From the NCBI GenBank assembly GCA_030141605.1, contig JAQGDQ010000640.1, positions 1-64,000 on the forward strand: DNA of 64,000 nt, in the 5' to 3' direction. Both the position numbers and the translations under genes were made by a program. The notes under the pieces are model-generated. The model had not been told where the DNA came from. It searched no databases and worked only from the letters and a program-made list of their open reading frames with translations. Shown here in pieces: positions 1-11,699 of the stretch (positions are counted from its first letter, which is position 1; every line of letters begins with the position of its first letter). Origin of the DNA: Tubiluchus corallicola. Its lineage: Eukaryota > Animalia > Priapulida.

Positions 1-532
1 ATTCTTAAAATATAATCATTGATGTTGTTCATCATTTTCAACAAGTTCGAAACGAACTTATCTCAAGGGAGTCTCACTGAATTCAAGATTGTGGATTAAG
101 AATTTGACTTTGTTAACAGAAGCAAAATTTATTCAAGTACGTTCGTTTGCGATTTTATGACAATCTGTTTCCAAATCCGGTAGTGTCTATGGTTCGAGAA
201 CGCACATTAAGAATCGGACACTGATAGCTGTAGACGGCTTCTTGGAATATAGCGTGATACTGCCATCTTGAATTCAAGATGACAGATTAAAAATCCGACT
301 TCAAAAGTCTGTGCAGAATTTTCCTTATATATCTTCCATGATGATCCATTGCGAATTCATGGTACCTTAAAATAGGTTTTTACGAGAGATGTCCCTGTCA
401 ACGACGTTGATGACGTTGTCGGTGACAGTAACAGCAATAGCAGCAGCAGCAGCAACAACAACTTCCAGCTGAGCAGTTATTTGAGTCGAGCCCTCGACCA
501 ACATTAAGAGACTGCAGTATAATTTATTTCAG

Positions 533-1323
533 GTTCAGGAGCTGAGATAAGTATTGGAATGGCAATTGAATCTGGCGGGTGCTTAATTTCTGCACAAAAT
601 CAAAGGCCCAGCGGCCCGATTAATGAAAATCACTATTTCGTTGGTATGCTGACAGACGTGACCTTCTCAGTACAAGAAGCTCTGAGTGCAGATGTAATTC
701 GTAAGTGGCCCTTCATATTAGTCTGGTCATGCTAAAAATTATGTTAAAAATATTAATCTCTTTCAATTTATTATTACTCGAATCAACAAAAACTGAACTT
801 TAGGCTCTGTGCAGTAGACCAGACATCTTGTATTCTGGTCTCTAATTTTCCAAGGCCTTTGGATTCTTCTATCTTGCAAAGGGTTTTAATATGCCATTTG
901 GTCGAATTATCATAATGGCTTTAGCCAAGCATTGATTTTTGCCGATGTATCTAACATGTTGATTATTAAAAAGGCCAATATTATCAATGTTTTTAAAAAC
1001 TTGTTTTCTGATTTTCAGAGTCAATGTTTGCGACTTGCTACAACATTGATGGCGACTTATTAAGTTGGAGAAGAGAAGAATTCACTGCAGTTGGATCTGG
1101 GAACATCATCAATCCAAGCACTTGCCCCTACTTTGGGTCAGACCCGGAAATGTGCTTACCTACACCACTCACTGAATCACAAGTTCAGTTATTGACTGAT
1201 TTCATCACTTATGTAATACATAATAACGATTTAACTAATTATAGACTGAATGAGATTAATTCTAAACTTTATCACATTCGCCACGACGATGGAAACAATT
1301 TCTACAAGAATCGATATCATTAG
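533..1323 (+). CDS. Pentraxin-domain gene copy A', last two exons (533-700, 1019-1323); 5' exons lie outside the window
   Basis: AG/GT-bounded, phase-compatible exons translate GSGAEISIGMAIESGGCLISAQNQRPSGPINENHYFVGMLTDVTFSVQEALSADVIQ-SMFATCYNIDGDLLSWRREEF...STCPYFGSDPEMCLPTPLTESQVQLLTDFITYVIHNNDLT...YH*. This matches the C-terminal half of a pentraxin/LamG fold (GG-x-L-x-x-x-Q-x-Q, F-x-G-x-L-x-D-V, C-x4-G-D-L-L-S-W). Confidence 0.8.
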
Positions 1324-1328
1324 TTAAA

Positions 1329-4300
1329 TCAAAAAAGAGCTTCTTGTACTGAGAAGGTCACGTCTGTCAGCATACCAACGAAATAGTGATTTTCATTAAT
1401 CGGGCCGCTGGGCCTTTGATTTTGTGCAGAAATTAAGCACCCGCCAGATTCAATTGCCATTCCAATACTTATCTCAGCTCCTGAACCTGAAATAAATTAT
1501 ACTGCAGTCTCTTAATGTTGGTCGAGGGCTCGACTCAAATAACTGCTCAGCTGGAAGTTGTTGTTGCTGCTGCTGCTGCTATTGCTGTTACTGTCACCGA
1601 CAACGTCATCAACGTCGTTGACAGGGACATCTCTCGTAAAAACCTATTTTAAGGTACCATGAATTCGCAATGGATCATCATGGAAGATATATAAGGAAAA
1701 TTCTGCACAGACTTTTGAAGTCGGATTTTTAATCTGTCATCTTGAATTCAAGATGGCAGTATCACGCTATATTCCAAGAAGCCGTCTACAGCTATCAGTG
1801 TCCGATTCTTAATGTGCGTTCTCGAACCATAGACACTACCGGATTTGGAAACAGATTGTCATAAAATCGCAAACGAACGTACTTGAATAAATTTTGCTTC
1901 TGTTAACAAAGTCAAATTCTTAATCCACAATCTTGAATTCAGTGAGACTCCCTTGAGATAAGTTCGTTTCGAACTTGTTGAAAATGATGAACAACATCAA
2001 TGATTATATTTTAAGAATGCTGTATCATATCAGAAGAGCAAGGGCTTATCTTTGTCATTTTCCCTGATTCTTAAGGGAAGCTGTTTGTAGTAACCTGCCA
2101 CACAAATTATCTAGATCATGCAACTGTCAAGGTAATACAGTTTAAGGCTATCAAAGCTATAAGTCCTTCTTAAACTGCACCAGAAATGACATCACTCAGA
2201 CTCACTAGAACAAACCGCAGCATTAGTAGCTTTTCATTGACATTAATTAGATCTCGTTTTTTAACAAAATGACAACCAAAAGTGACGTCACACGAACAGA
2301 AAGTAATTCTAAAACTGAATTTGTAAAAAACTTATATGAAAGTAGCGGGAAGGAGTTTCAATTCCCCACACAATTCGAATACCCTAACCCTATCTCTATC
2401 CTTAACCCTGATCCTAACACTAAACCCTAATTCGCTAATTTCTTGTGTGTGGGTAATTGTAAACTTTAGCCAAAGCTTGACAGATTGAACTTATTGAAAT
2501 CAATGGTTCCAGGTTTCTGAAAGGCAAAGGGTTAGGAACAAAGAGGTAAACGACTGAAAGGAATCGTAATCATATGTATATATTATAATGTCACACTACC
2601 CTTACCATGGCTGCCTACCTTGTATTTTCTACCCTACCCTTTGCCAATTATCAAAATATCAAACGTGATTGGCGTCCAATATATGTTTCTTTTTGTTCCT
2701 AGAAAGCAGACATTTCTTGAATAGGCTTACTTACCTGCTAAAGCACCATCAACATAAATAGCCCAGTTTCCTCCACTGGCTTCCCAAGTTGCGCAAACAA
2801 AGTGCCAGTCTGAATCTCTGATTGATTGAGTTCTGCAGTTTGAAATAATTATTACGAAATATAATGATAATTTAATTAATTTTATGGGCAAATGTTTATG
2901 TTTATTTGCCTCACTCCAATAATTATTGAGAACTTTATGTTTATTAATATTTATTTAAAAGTAAATATAAAAATTTCGATTATGGAAATTTCTCAGCAGC
3001 GTTTTTAGGAGCACAGAGGACATTCACAAGTAAAATCAATTACTAACGGAAGAGCCATTGCACCTTTTCGTGCCGTTTTTGCCTGCTTTGCTCCTCAATT
3101 TGCCCAATTTAAAAATACTGCTTAATTCTTCTTCCCATGAATTCGTAGAATTACATTTTATTGTACGAGAATGTCTGCTAATCATAATCGTTAGGTATTG
3201 ATTTATTATTATTTCATAAAAAGAGTGATATAATTGTTGCTGAAATAATAATTACATAAAAATCATTAAAAATGCCAAGGAAGCAGTGAAATCAGTTAGC
3301 AGAACCTACATTTCTGGAAAATAAAAATGTAAGCCAAGGCTGCTAGAAATACCTACAGAGTCACATCTGCCCTGTCACCATTGACAAACAAAGAAAGTGT
3401 CATGTCGCCGCTAAAAAAGAATCCAATTCTCATAGCAGGACGATTTGGGGGATCTTCGTAGGAAAAGAGACCCATTACGTTTGGCACTGCAGGATCATTT
3501 GCTGGCTCTGGCTTCACCCACTAAAATGAAAAGGTTCCCATTAATTGCAGTATGATGCCAACGATGACACTGATGGCACTAATGGGACAAACTGCTACTA
3601 CTACTACTACTACTACTACTACACCACCACCACCAACACCACCACCACCACCACCACCACTACTACTACTACAATTACTACCACCACCACCACTGCCGCT
3701 AGTAGTAGTAGTTCTACTACTCTACTACTACTCATAAATTTTAATAATTTATACCTGACAGTTTGTAAATTGTTCAATATCATCATTAGGTGAAGCGTTC
3801 CATTTCAGATGATCTGTGTGAGGTCCTTCACCAAACACGGCCATGAATCCATCAAGACTATCGCATTCAACAAACTCAGCTAGATCAATAAAACATTTAT
3901 TAGTCTACTTGGTGGGCTTAGTCAGTGTTTCAATTAGTTTTTCAGTGTGTTCAGTATTGTTTATCTTAACTTGCAACCTATGCGAAGCAAATTTTACAAA
4001 GATGTCTCTTGGTTCTGGATTATTCACGGAAACATTGAGGCAGAAGGAATGACGCTTTACATATGCAGCCTTCGCAGATTGTAAGCATCCTATTGCACAG
4101 TAAGCTTCTTACGCAGATTATATATCAATGCTAGGAGAAAAATTAGGGCTTTACTAGGCTACTAAGTGTGTGTACGTCATCGTATGTTCAATTTAGACGT
4201 TTCTATAATTTTATTTGTCCCTTTGCGTTTATGATATATTATTACATACTTTTGAGTTTTTTAAGTGACTGACTGATTGATTTGGTTTGATTTATTACTT

Positions 4301-5630
4301 TATTTCAAATATAAGTTCATAGCAGAAAAGACGTACCATAAAAAATTACAAATTAAAGTACATCAAGAATACAAAAAAACAATGACAACAATAAATAAAT
4401 AAACACACACACATATTCAGTGACTGACTGACTGACTGATTATGATTTGATTTGATTTAATATTTTTCTTTCAACTTTACAATGTTCATATACAAATCAC
4501 AAATTAATACACAAAATACAATAATTATGGTTCACGACAATAACATTTTTTCACTGACTGAGTGACTGGCTGATTTAATTTGATTTATTTGATTTGATTT
4601 AACACTTTATTTTGAATCAAATTCATATTTACACGCACAAATAAAAAACAGAAATAAAAAATACATGCAGCCCAATTACACGATATTTACACCATTACAT
4701 ACTACATACACAAAAACTGAATTGTCCAGCAGTGCTTAGCACCAAAATATGCCTAACTATAATTTCCATATAATAAGATCCTCCACAGTCTTCTAAAGTC
4801 TGAAGTGTAAACTGAATGGCTGACTGACTGACTAACTAACTGACTGACTGATTGACTGACTGACGACTGTCTGATTGACTGACTGACTGACTGACTGACT
4901 GACTGACTGACTGACTGACTGACTGACTGACTGACTGACTGACTGACTGACTGACTGACTGACTGACTGACTGACTGACTGACTGACTGACTGACTGACT
5001 GACTGACTGACTGACTGACTGACTGACTGACTGACTGACTGACTGACTGACTGACTGACTGACTGACTGACTGACTAACTTTCTAGTAAAACAACTGGTG
5101 TTTGGTGAGGAACATGAGCAAAGCCAACTTTTTCGCTTACCGTCCATTAAAACAGTTTCAGTGTCTAAGACATTCTGCCTCTTCGTCGCATCTTCTTTTA
5201 GTTTAGCTCTTCTATCACTTTCAGCCCGAGCGACTCTGTGATACAGCTCCTCTCTCCTAGCAAATGACTGTAGACCATAGGCAACATGCTTATCATGGTG
5301 ATTTGACTCGGAATGCAGGCCAGTCTTGAATCGAGGTTCAAGTCCAACGAATCGAGGACGTGGTTTATTATGCTTAAGATGTTGCTCAGCAGAAGTGAAG
5401 GTTAAGTCTGCGTAATTTGGTTTTGCTTCATCTTGCGGTTTTATATATTGGTTGGCGTTCCCTTCTGCAAAATAAATGTAAGATACAAAACCCCTGATCA
5501 TTATGCATTAACTTCTTATTAAACAAGATGTCTCTCATGTAAGAACTTCCTCAACTCTCTCTCTCCCGTTCCCATGTTCTCTCTGTTTCTCATTCACTCT
5601 TTGGTGCTCTCTCTTTCTTTCTCTCTCCTC

Positions 5631-5665
<35 letters not shown>

Positions 5666-5734
5666 TTCCCTCCCTATCTCTTTCTCTCTCTTTCTCTTTT
5701 TCTCTCCCCACTCACTCTCTAGTTATCTCTCTTT

Positions 5735-5802
<68 letters not shown>

Positions 5803-5817
5803 TTCTCTCTTTCTCTC

Positions 5818-5875
<58 letters not shown>

Positions 5876-6914
5876 TCTCTGGCTTTGCTGGTCTGAGGCG
5901 ATCTCTCCCTGGCTGACAGACAGACATGTGGGAACAGGTGTACACCACAGGTAACAGTTTAATATTGAAGAAAAAGGAAGTTAATAAGTAATCTAATCAT
6001 CTTCTTTATCCAAATCAGCAGGCCTGTGCGTCTAGATTAGGTGTTACATAGTATAAGCCATTTATTACATCCAGCTGTGAACTGTATTTTTCGAGTTCAG
6101 TGTTTAATAAAATAATCACTCTGAAGCTCTACAATTACAAATTCGTTAATTCCTTACCATTATCATGCAGTATGTGTCTCCTCGAAGGTTGTTTAAGGTT
6201 GTGATACGGGTTTTTAAAACGCTGACTTTCATACACCTTCACACATCTAACGCTTGAGAAGTAGAATAGAATGCAGACAACCTGAATAAATATATTTAAT
6301 ATAGTATATAATTGTTAGTATATATAGTATATACTATGTATAAATGTATATATAGTATATAATATAGTATATAGCATGTATTTAATATAGCTATATAATT
6401 CTTGCAATTTAGATTTAGTTAGTGCAAATGAGTTAACTTCAGACAAAAAGTTATCTTATTTTAGGCATAGACTATATTGTACAGGGTGGTACATAACCTT
6501 TTATCTTTTGCTAGTGGTTTCAAAGAACGAGTAGCAGTACAAAAAATTTATCACGTCAAAGTCTTGAAAGGACCTTGACTTTGACATGAAAATGAGCTTT
6601 GACTTTTTTTACCAACATATACACGTTATCAAAATTTCAGGATAGCAGGACCATGTGAAATTGATTTTCATCATATTCATACGCATTTTTCTTCAAATAA
6701 TGTCGACTGAGGGCATTTGTGCCACTCATTTTTTTGTAACTCTAGACTCAAAATACCTCTAAACTTCTGAGTAGCAAATATTAGCCCGAGGTGCATGAAT
6801 CTTGACAATTACCCTTTGATTATATAAGAAATAGCATAAGCTCCTTTTACAACTTTAATGATATGATCTAAAAAATAGACTTACCGTCAAGAGAATTAAG
6901 TTAATTGACGTGTT
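1329..6914 (-). CDS. Pentraxin-domain gene copy A (secreted, N-terminal extension), 3'-truncated at the inverted-repeat junction. Exons 6885-6914 (tentative), 6158-6281, 5141-5464, 3755-3879, 3357-3520, 2735-2832, 1329-1486
   Basis: All exons are AG/GT-bounded with compatible phases. They encode a signal-like NLILLTVVCILFYFSSVRC, a basic/His-rich linker, then EQFTNCQ|WVK...LFSY...SLFVNG...DSDWHFVCATWEASGGNWAIYVDG (pentraxin H-x-x-C-x-T-W signature). The last visible exon reads ...QEALF* (TGA at 1329-1331). The start-codon exon was not located. Confidence 0.82.
1660..1950. mobile_element. Dispersed repeat with the TTGAATTCAAGATGGC motif (same family as 15750-16340), in the intron duplicated by the inverted repeat
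   Basis: Shares CGCAATGGATC-TCATG, GTCGGATTTT and GAATTCAAGATGGC blocks with 15750-16340; mirror copy at ~70-360. Confidence 0.6.
3590..3733. repeat. (CTA)n/(CCA)n trinucleotide microsatellite, intronic
   Basis: Seen directly; accounts for the poly-Y/T/P ORFs. Confidence 0.95.
4820..5077. repeat. (CTGA)n tetranucleotide microsatellite, intronic
   Basis: Seen directly; accounts for the VSQS tail of ORF 4836-5501. Confidence 0.97.
5555..5880. repeat. (CT)n microsatellite, intronic
   Basis: Seen directly. Confidence 0.97.
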
Positions 6915-8146
6915 CTGTACAACTTAAAAGTGCTTTGACTGCAGTGTTAGCAAATGTTATGTAGGGCCTGTAAAGCAATTACTTATAGGTTCGCTCACCA
7001 ACTTGGAACATGTGAAAACATGAATCAGATAGTACAAACATCACAATTGTTAAGAGCTGATATAGATGTAAATAATACCAACATAGTTGCACAACAGAAT
7101 GGCTTGATGGTGGCCTCACATTGCCTTCAAGTTGTTTAGGTAAACAATTCCAGGATAGACCTGGTGGTGGTGGTGCAAAACATTACGGATTAATAGATAC
7201 AATGGGAAAAAGTCTAAGATATCAAAGTTTTTGTCAAAACCGGATTGGAAAATTATTTTAAATAACTAGTGAAGGTCATCTAATGGTCAACACAAGAAAG
7301 CTAATCTAAATGCTGCAAAAGAACAAAACAAACAGATTAAATCTGCATATTATTTCGCGATAGCCATCAAGAATAACATTTGCAACACTATTATTGCAAT
7401 TTGTAACACAACATCTGACCAAAAAACGTAGAAACCTTTTAAAATCAAAACATAAATATGAATATAGAAATATAGAAAGTTATTTACTGGCAGTCGTTAA
7501 TCACCACATGTTGGTGAAATAACTTTCTATTTATAATTTTTTTATAAGAAAAGAAAGGGCTAAGTAAAAAAGACCAAGGAAAATGACTGTTATCTGTTAA
7601 CATTTGGTGGCATGGAATAGTTATGCGATACTACTGAATGAAACAATATACAAACGATACCATTTTATCAACACTGGTAAGCATATCAAAAACATTATAA
7701 TGTTTGTTGGTTCCTTCTTATCGCAATTAATAACGCGAATTTAACGGTAATAAAGAAATTAATCATGGTAATACAGAGAAAAACGGCAATTTGCAGCCCT
7801 GCAAGAAAAATGTAGGCTGAAAAATGAAAGAGAAAACAAAAGGAAACAATAGAAAACAAAGTAAACAAGGAAAAGAGAGAAATACAGAAGAAGAAAAGGA
7901 AAAGGAAGATAAAACAAAAAAGAAAAAAGCACAAAAAGAAGGAAGATGTTATAAATAGAAAAAAGATTTGTTATTACAATCTAAAATAAACTGCGCAATG
8001 CTTTTTACTTAAAGATCGCTTAACCAATATCTGACTGCAATGCCACATGCTTCCTTGGAATTAGCAAACATACATCTGCGTAGATAAACTAGGGGACAAC
8101 AACTCACGCATTCGGGACAACAGCTCACGCTGGACAACAACTGTCT

Positions 8147-8565
8147 AAACTAAGCTAAGCTAAGCTAAGCTAAGCTAAGCTAAGCAAAGCTAAACTAAAC
8201 TAAACTAAACTAAACTAAACTAAACTAAACTAAACTAAACTAAACTAATCTAAACTAAACTAAACTAAACTAAACTAAACTAAACTACACTACACTACAC
8301 TACACTACACTACACTACACTACACTACACTACACTACACTACACTACACTACACTACACTACACTACACTACACTACACTACACTACACTACACTACAC
8401 TACACTACACTACACTACACTACACTACACTACACTACACTACACTAAACTAAACTAAACTAAACTAAACTAAACTAAACTAAACTAAACTAAACTAAAC
8501 TAAACTAAACTAAACTAAACTAAACTAAACTAAACTAAACTACACTAAACTAAACTAAACTAAAC
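8147..8565. repeat. Compound pentanucleotide microsatellite (AAGCT)n-(AAACT)n-(ACACT)n-(AAACT)n
   Basis: Seen directly. Confidence 0.97.
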
Positions 8566-8854
8566 AACATGACAGTCACAACAAATGTCTAATCGGCAAA
8601 TAAACCGGTTGCACTTTTTCATAAACACAAATCTGCAGAGCAGCTATTTTTACACGAAATTAACACTTCAAGTAACCAAAAATGACTTTTTAATTTAAAC
8701 AGAATGTAGAGACGAAGTTTCAAAGTATTGCAAAATACAGAGACATAAGTACAATAAAAAAGAAACTAAGCCAGTTAGCCTTGCTTTACAATAAATGAGC
8801 AATAAAACATCATGACTGAGATGTATTTTTCCTATATTACAATTCAGTTTAGTC

Positions 8855-9085
8855 AGTTTTTGTATTTTTCCATTTGTTAGGCTACGGAAATGGAAGAAAT
8901 TTGATTGTTCCATTCCATCGACGACCCTTATATTGAATCCCTTATAGTTACATAAGTACCAATGGCATCTTTTAATAAAAAAATAGCGTAAAATTAATTA
9001 ATATTACATTGATGTATAATATCGATTTTGACCACATTTGAATTAATTTTGACTGTGAAAATCTCATTGAGGTTTATAAAAAATC
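8855..9085 (-). mobile_element. Dispersed repeat; inverted copy at ~32235-32465
   Basis: Reverse complement matches TTCCATTTCCGTAGCCT-ACAAA-GGAAAAATACAAAA and AATTCAAATGTGGTCAAAA...ATTATACATCAATGTAATATTA at 32.2-32.5 kb; both ORF translations contain FFHFRSLTNGKIQ. Confidence 0.8.
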
Positions 9086-9439
9086 ATTTCTTATATTTGA
9101 TTTAGTAAACGAATGATAAATAACATCAGACTTTCAACTAAAGCATTTATTGAAATAACAGTTTTTATAATTTCCTTGTAACGAAAACCTTTGGTAATCA
9201 TGAAACGTTAGTCCAATACATTTCAAATAATGAAGTTAAATTAAAGAATATAATAATTCATAAAAATATATTCAGCAAAACATTAAAATAGTATTAACAA
9301 CTTTAAGGTATCAAAACTTACACTGCAATGCTATAACCGTCCAAACTTATCATGCAATAACTTACTATGTCTGCGAATGCACAAAAATGGTTCGTTTTAA
9401 ATGACAATTTTATGACAATCATTATGACAATGGTCATAA

Positions 9440-10620
9440 AATTATTATGCTTTGCGACTTGATATGTAGGTGCCTTCTTCTTAGGGTTACGCAAAGTTCT
9501 CTCAGCAGAATGAATAGCTAAATCCGGTAGAGTGTTGTAGACATGCTATGATACAGTGCAAACATTTTTAATTGAAGGCTGAAAACTGGAACAATCTGGA
9601 TCATTGACTTATTTCACATTACCTTTGAGATCCAACGACAGTCCTTGACAGAGAAGAGGTCTCCTTTATTTTTACATTCAAATCCCACGAGTAACACTTC
9701 TTCGAATGTTAGTTTTTTCGAAAATACATTAACATCGGCAATGTCTCCTTTGTAACTGCTTTGTACGTTTACGCTGTTTTGACTCTGTCCGTAGACGCAG
9801 ACGTAATACCTCCCAAAAGACTGCCTAATATTTACTGCTAGTGTGTTAGCTGGTATAGGAACTCCGTTCATGAACGAAGTCAGGGAATCGTCTTCCAGAG
9901 CGAGTCGGAAGGCATCTGGCTTTGTTTGCGTGGCATAAGAAATGAGCGTTACTTCAATTGCGTTTCGAGCATCTGTGCGGATATATCCACAAGCATATCG
10001 TCAAGGCTTCAGTAGGTTTCGTTATAACGTCATTTATCTTTATGTAGTCAGTATCGCTGAACTCCTCAAATAAAAATTTTGTGAATGCTTCCTCTAAGTC
10101 AAAACAATTTGCTTCTTCTAGTTCTACTGGACGACCTCTGTGTTTCTTCAATTGCGCTCGATTGCCATACCCACCTTTTGCTGAATGAACTCGCAATTAT
10201 TGATTTTTTGAAACGAAATTTGATGTACAGAAAGCAAATGTAAAAGCTCGGAGCTGAGGGAAGATTTGAACCAGAAGTCCTTTGAATTTTCATTTTCAAC
10301 ACACGGTTATGCAATTATGTTCATAATGTCATTAGGCTTGTAGTCCAAAGTTTCTAGTTCAAATCCAGAATCGCTTTTTCTTCATTTCTGTCAATCACGT
10401 TTGGTAACAAAAGATCAATAATTACGAGTTCAATTTTTCATTAATCTATAATTTTCAGATTAATGGCATAATAAATTAGTGTTTACCTTTGTTAGTTCTG
10501 CGTTTGCGAGTACGTTGCTTAGCACCACAAACATCTTTACTAATCAACACTGATAAAACAAAAACAGCAACAACAACAAAAAACAAACACGTTGACTATT
10601 CAATACTACCTATGCTCGCC
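9440..10620 (-). pseudogene. Pentraxin-like pseudogene B with an intronless domain
   Basis: Signal-like segment CLFFVVVAVFVLSVLISKDVCG-AKQRTRKRR (~10486-10590) downstream of a TATATAAAG at ~10640. Domain reads FLFEEFSDTDYIKI...ALTICLWI/(frameshift at ~9980)RTDA...TLISYAT...FMNG...YGQSQ...YKGDIADVNVFSKKL...ECKNKGDLF. There are further frameshifts/stops after ~9640, and the WHxxCxTW core is missing. Confidence 0.75.
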
Positions 10621-11149
10621 TAAATAAAAACTGTCCTTTATATACCACATGCAATTACTTACGACATAATGATAATATAACAATAAACTTAAATTACAAT
10701 GCTATAACCGTCCAAACTTTTCATGCAATAATTTACTATGCATTACTTTTCGAATGCACAATGGTTCGTTTTAAATCAGGAAATCAGCTTTCTTCTTATG
10801 CCCCTGCAGATGTAGGGTTCATGCTCTTTTGGAATAGTGTTTGTCGTTTACTCCATAACTTGCGGGCTTTGGAGCGCCAACAAACTGACCTCGTTGGAGA
10901 AATTAGTAACAGTGTCATGACAAAAAACCTAATAAAACATTTCAACCATTTAAAATGCACTTTGCTGATTGTTAGAATCGAGTTCCGTGAGTCGTATTTT
11001 ACCTTGCAGATAAACAGTAAACTTTAATTTCCTATTTTGACACCTTTTCATTATTTATGTTCACTAAGTGTAAATTGTTTCTAGATCGTTACAATCAACT
11101 AGGTACCAGTTGTTAGTTTAGAAAATGTTCGTCCCCCCCGCCGGGTTGG

Positions 11150-11373
11150 GTTATTGGGTTATTGTCCATGCTGTTGAGAAGTGGAATTATTATCACGAAG
11201 TGCGTGAATTCATAATACGCTGCGACCACTCCCCTTTGCAACATTTGCACAGAATGAGACACTCCAATAGGAGAATTTCAAGGTGGGCACTCATTCTGCA
11301 AAACTATTTTTTAACTGTGAAACATCTACCTGGCCGAAAGAACGTGCCTGCTGACACATTATCACGCACATAA
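11150..11373 (+). mobile_element. Ty3/Gypsy LTR-retrotransposon RNase H fragment
   Basis: AVEKW-YY...FIIRCDHSPLQHL...RISRWALILQNY...HLPGRKNVPADTLSR matches the Gypsy RNase HI pattern (TDH..L / RW..L / G..N..AD.LSR). Confidence 0.85.
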
Positions 11374-11699
11374 CCAATATATGTCACAGTTATATATTTT
11401 TGCTAAAACATGATCGACATTTTATAAAACAAGAATAACATACACATTTTGACATGTTCGAAACACAGTAGAGTACCGCTTGAAAACCACTCGATGCTGA
11501 ACATGTTGAAACAGACTTATTTTGGTTCTGTTAATATAAATATGTTTATTATCTTCATTCAAAGCTAATGATCTATTTGTGGTGGTGGAAGATGTCCACT
11601 CATTGGCTTACATGGCTTTGCTGATCTTAACATGCCGGGAAGATGTCGTTTCGGATCATGTGAGAGCACCGTGAGAGCACTATCTTGCACGGCAACTTA

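Larger units (their letters stand above)
1..2018. repeat. Large inverted repeat: arm 1-683 is the reverse complement of arm 1336-2018; spacer 684-1335; arms probably continue beyond the left window edge
   Basis: Position i pairs with 2019-i at both ends (ATTCTTAAAATATAATC at 1 vs GATTATATTTTAAGAAT ending 2018; TACAAGAAGCTCT ending 683 vs AGAGCTTCTTGTA starting 1336). Internal spot checks, including the CAG/CAA tract, were identical with no net indel. Confidence 0.97.

Noticed and set aside
4836-5501. 221-aa ORF with a VSQS tail as a standalone gene
   Set aside because: Only 5141-5464 is a splice-bounded exon of pentraxin A; the tail is an intronic (CTGA)n tract.
5574-5954. SL/ER-repeat ORFs (likewise 18358-18597 and 27058-27264)
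   Set aside because: Translations of (CT)n/(GA)n/(CA)n microsatellites.
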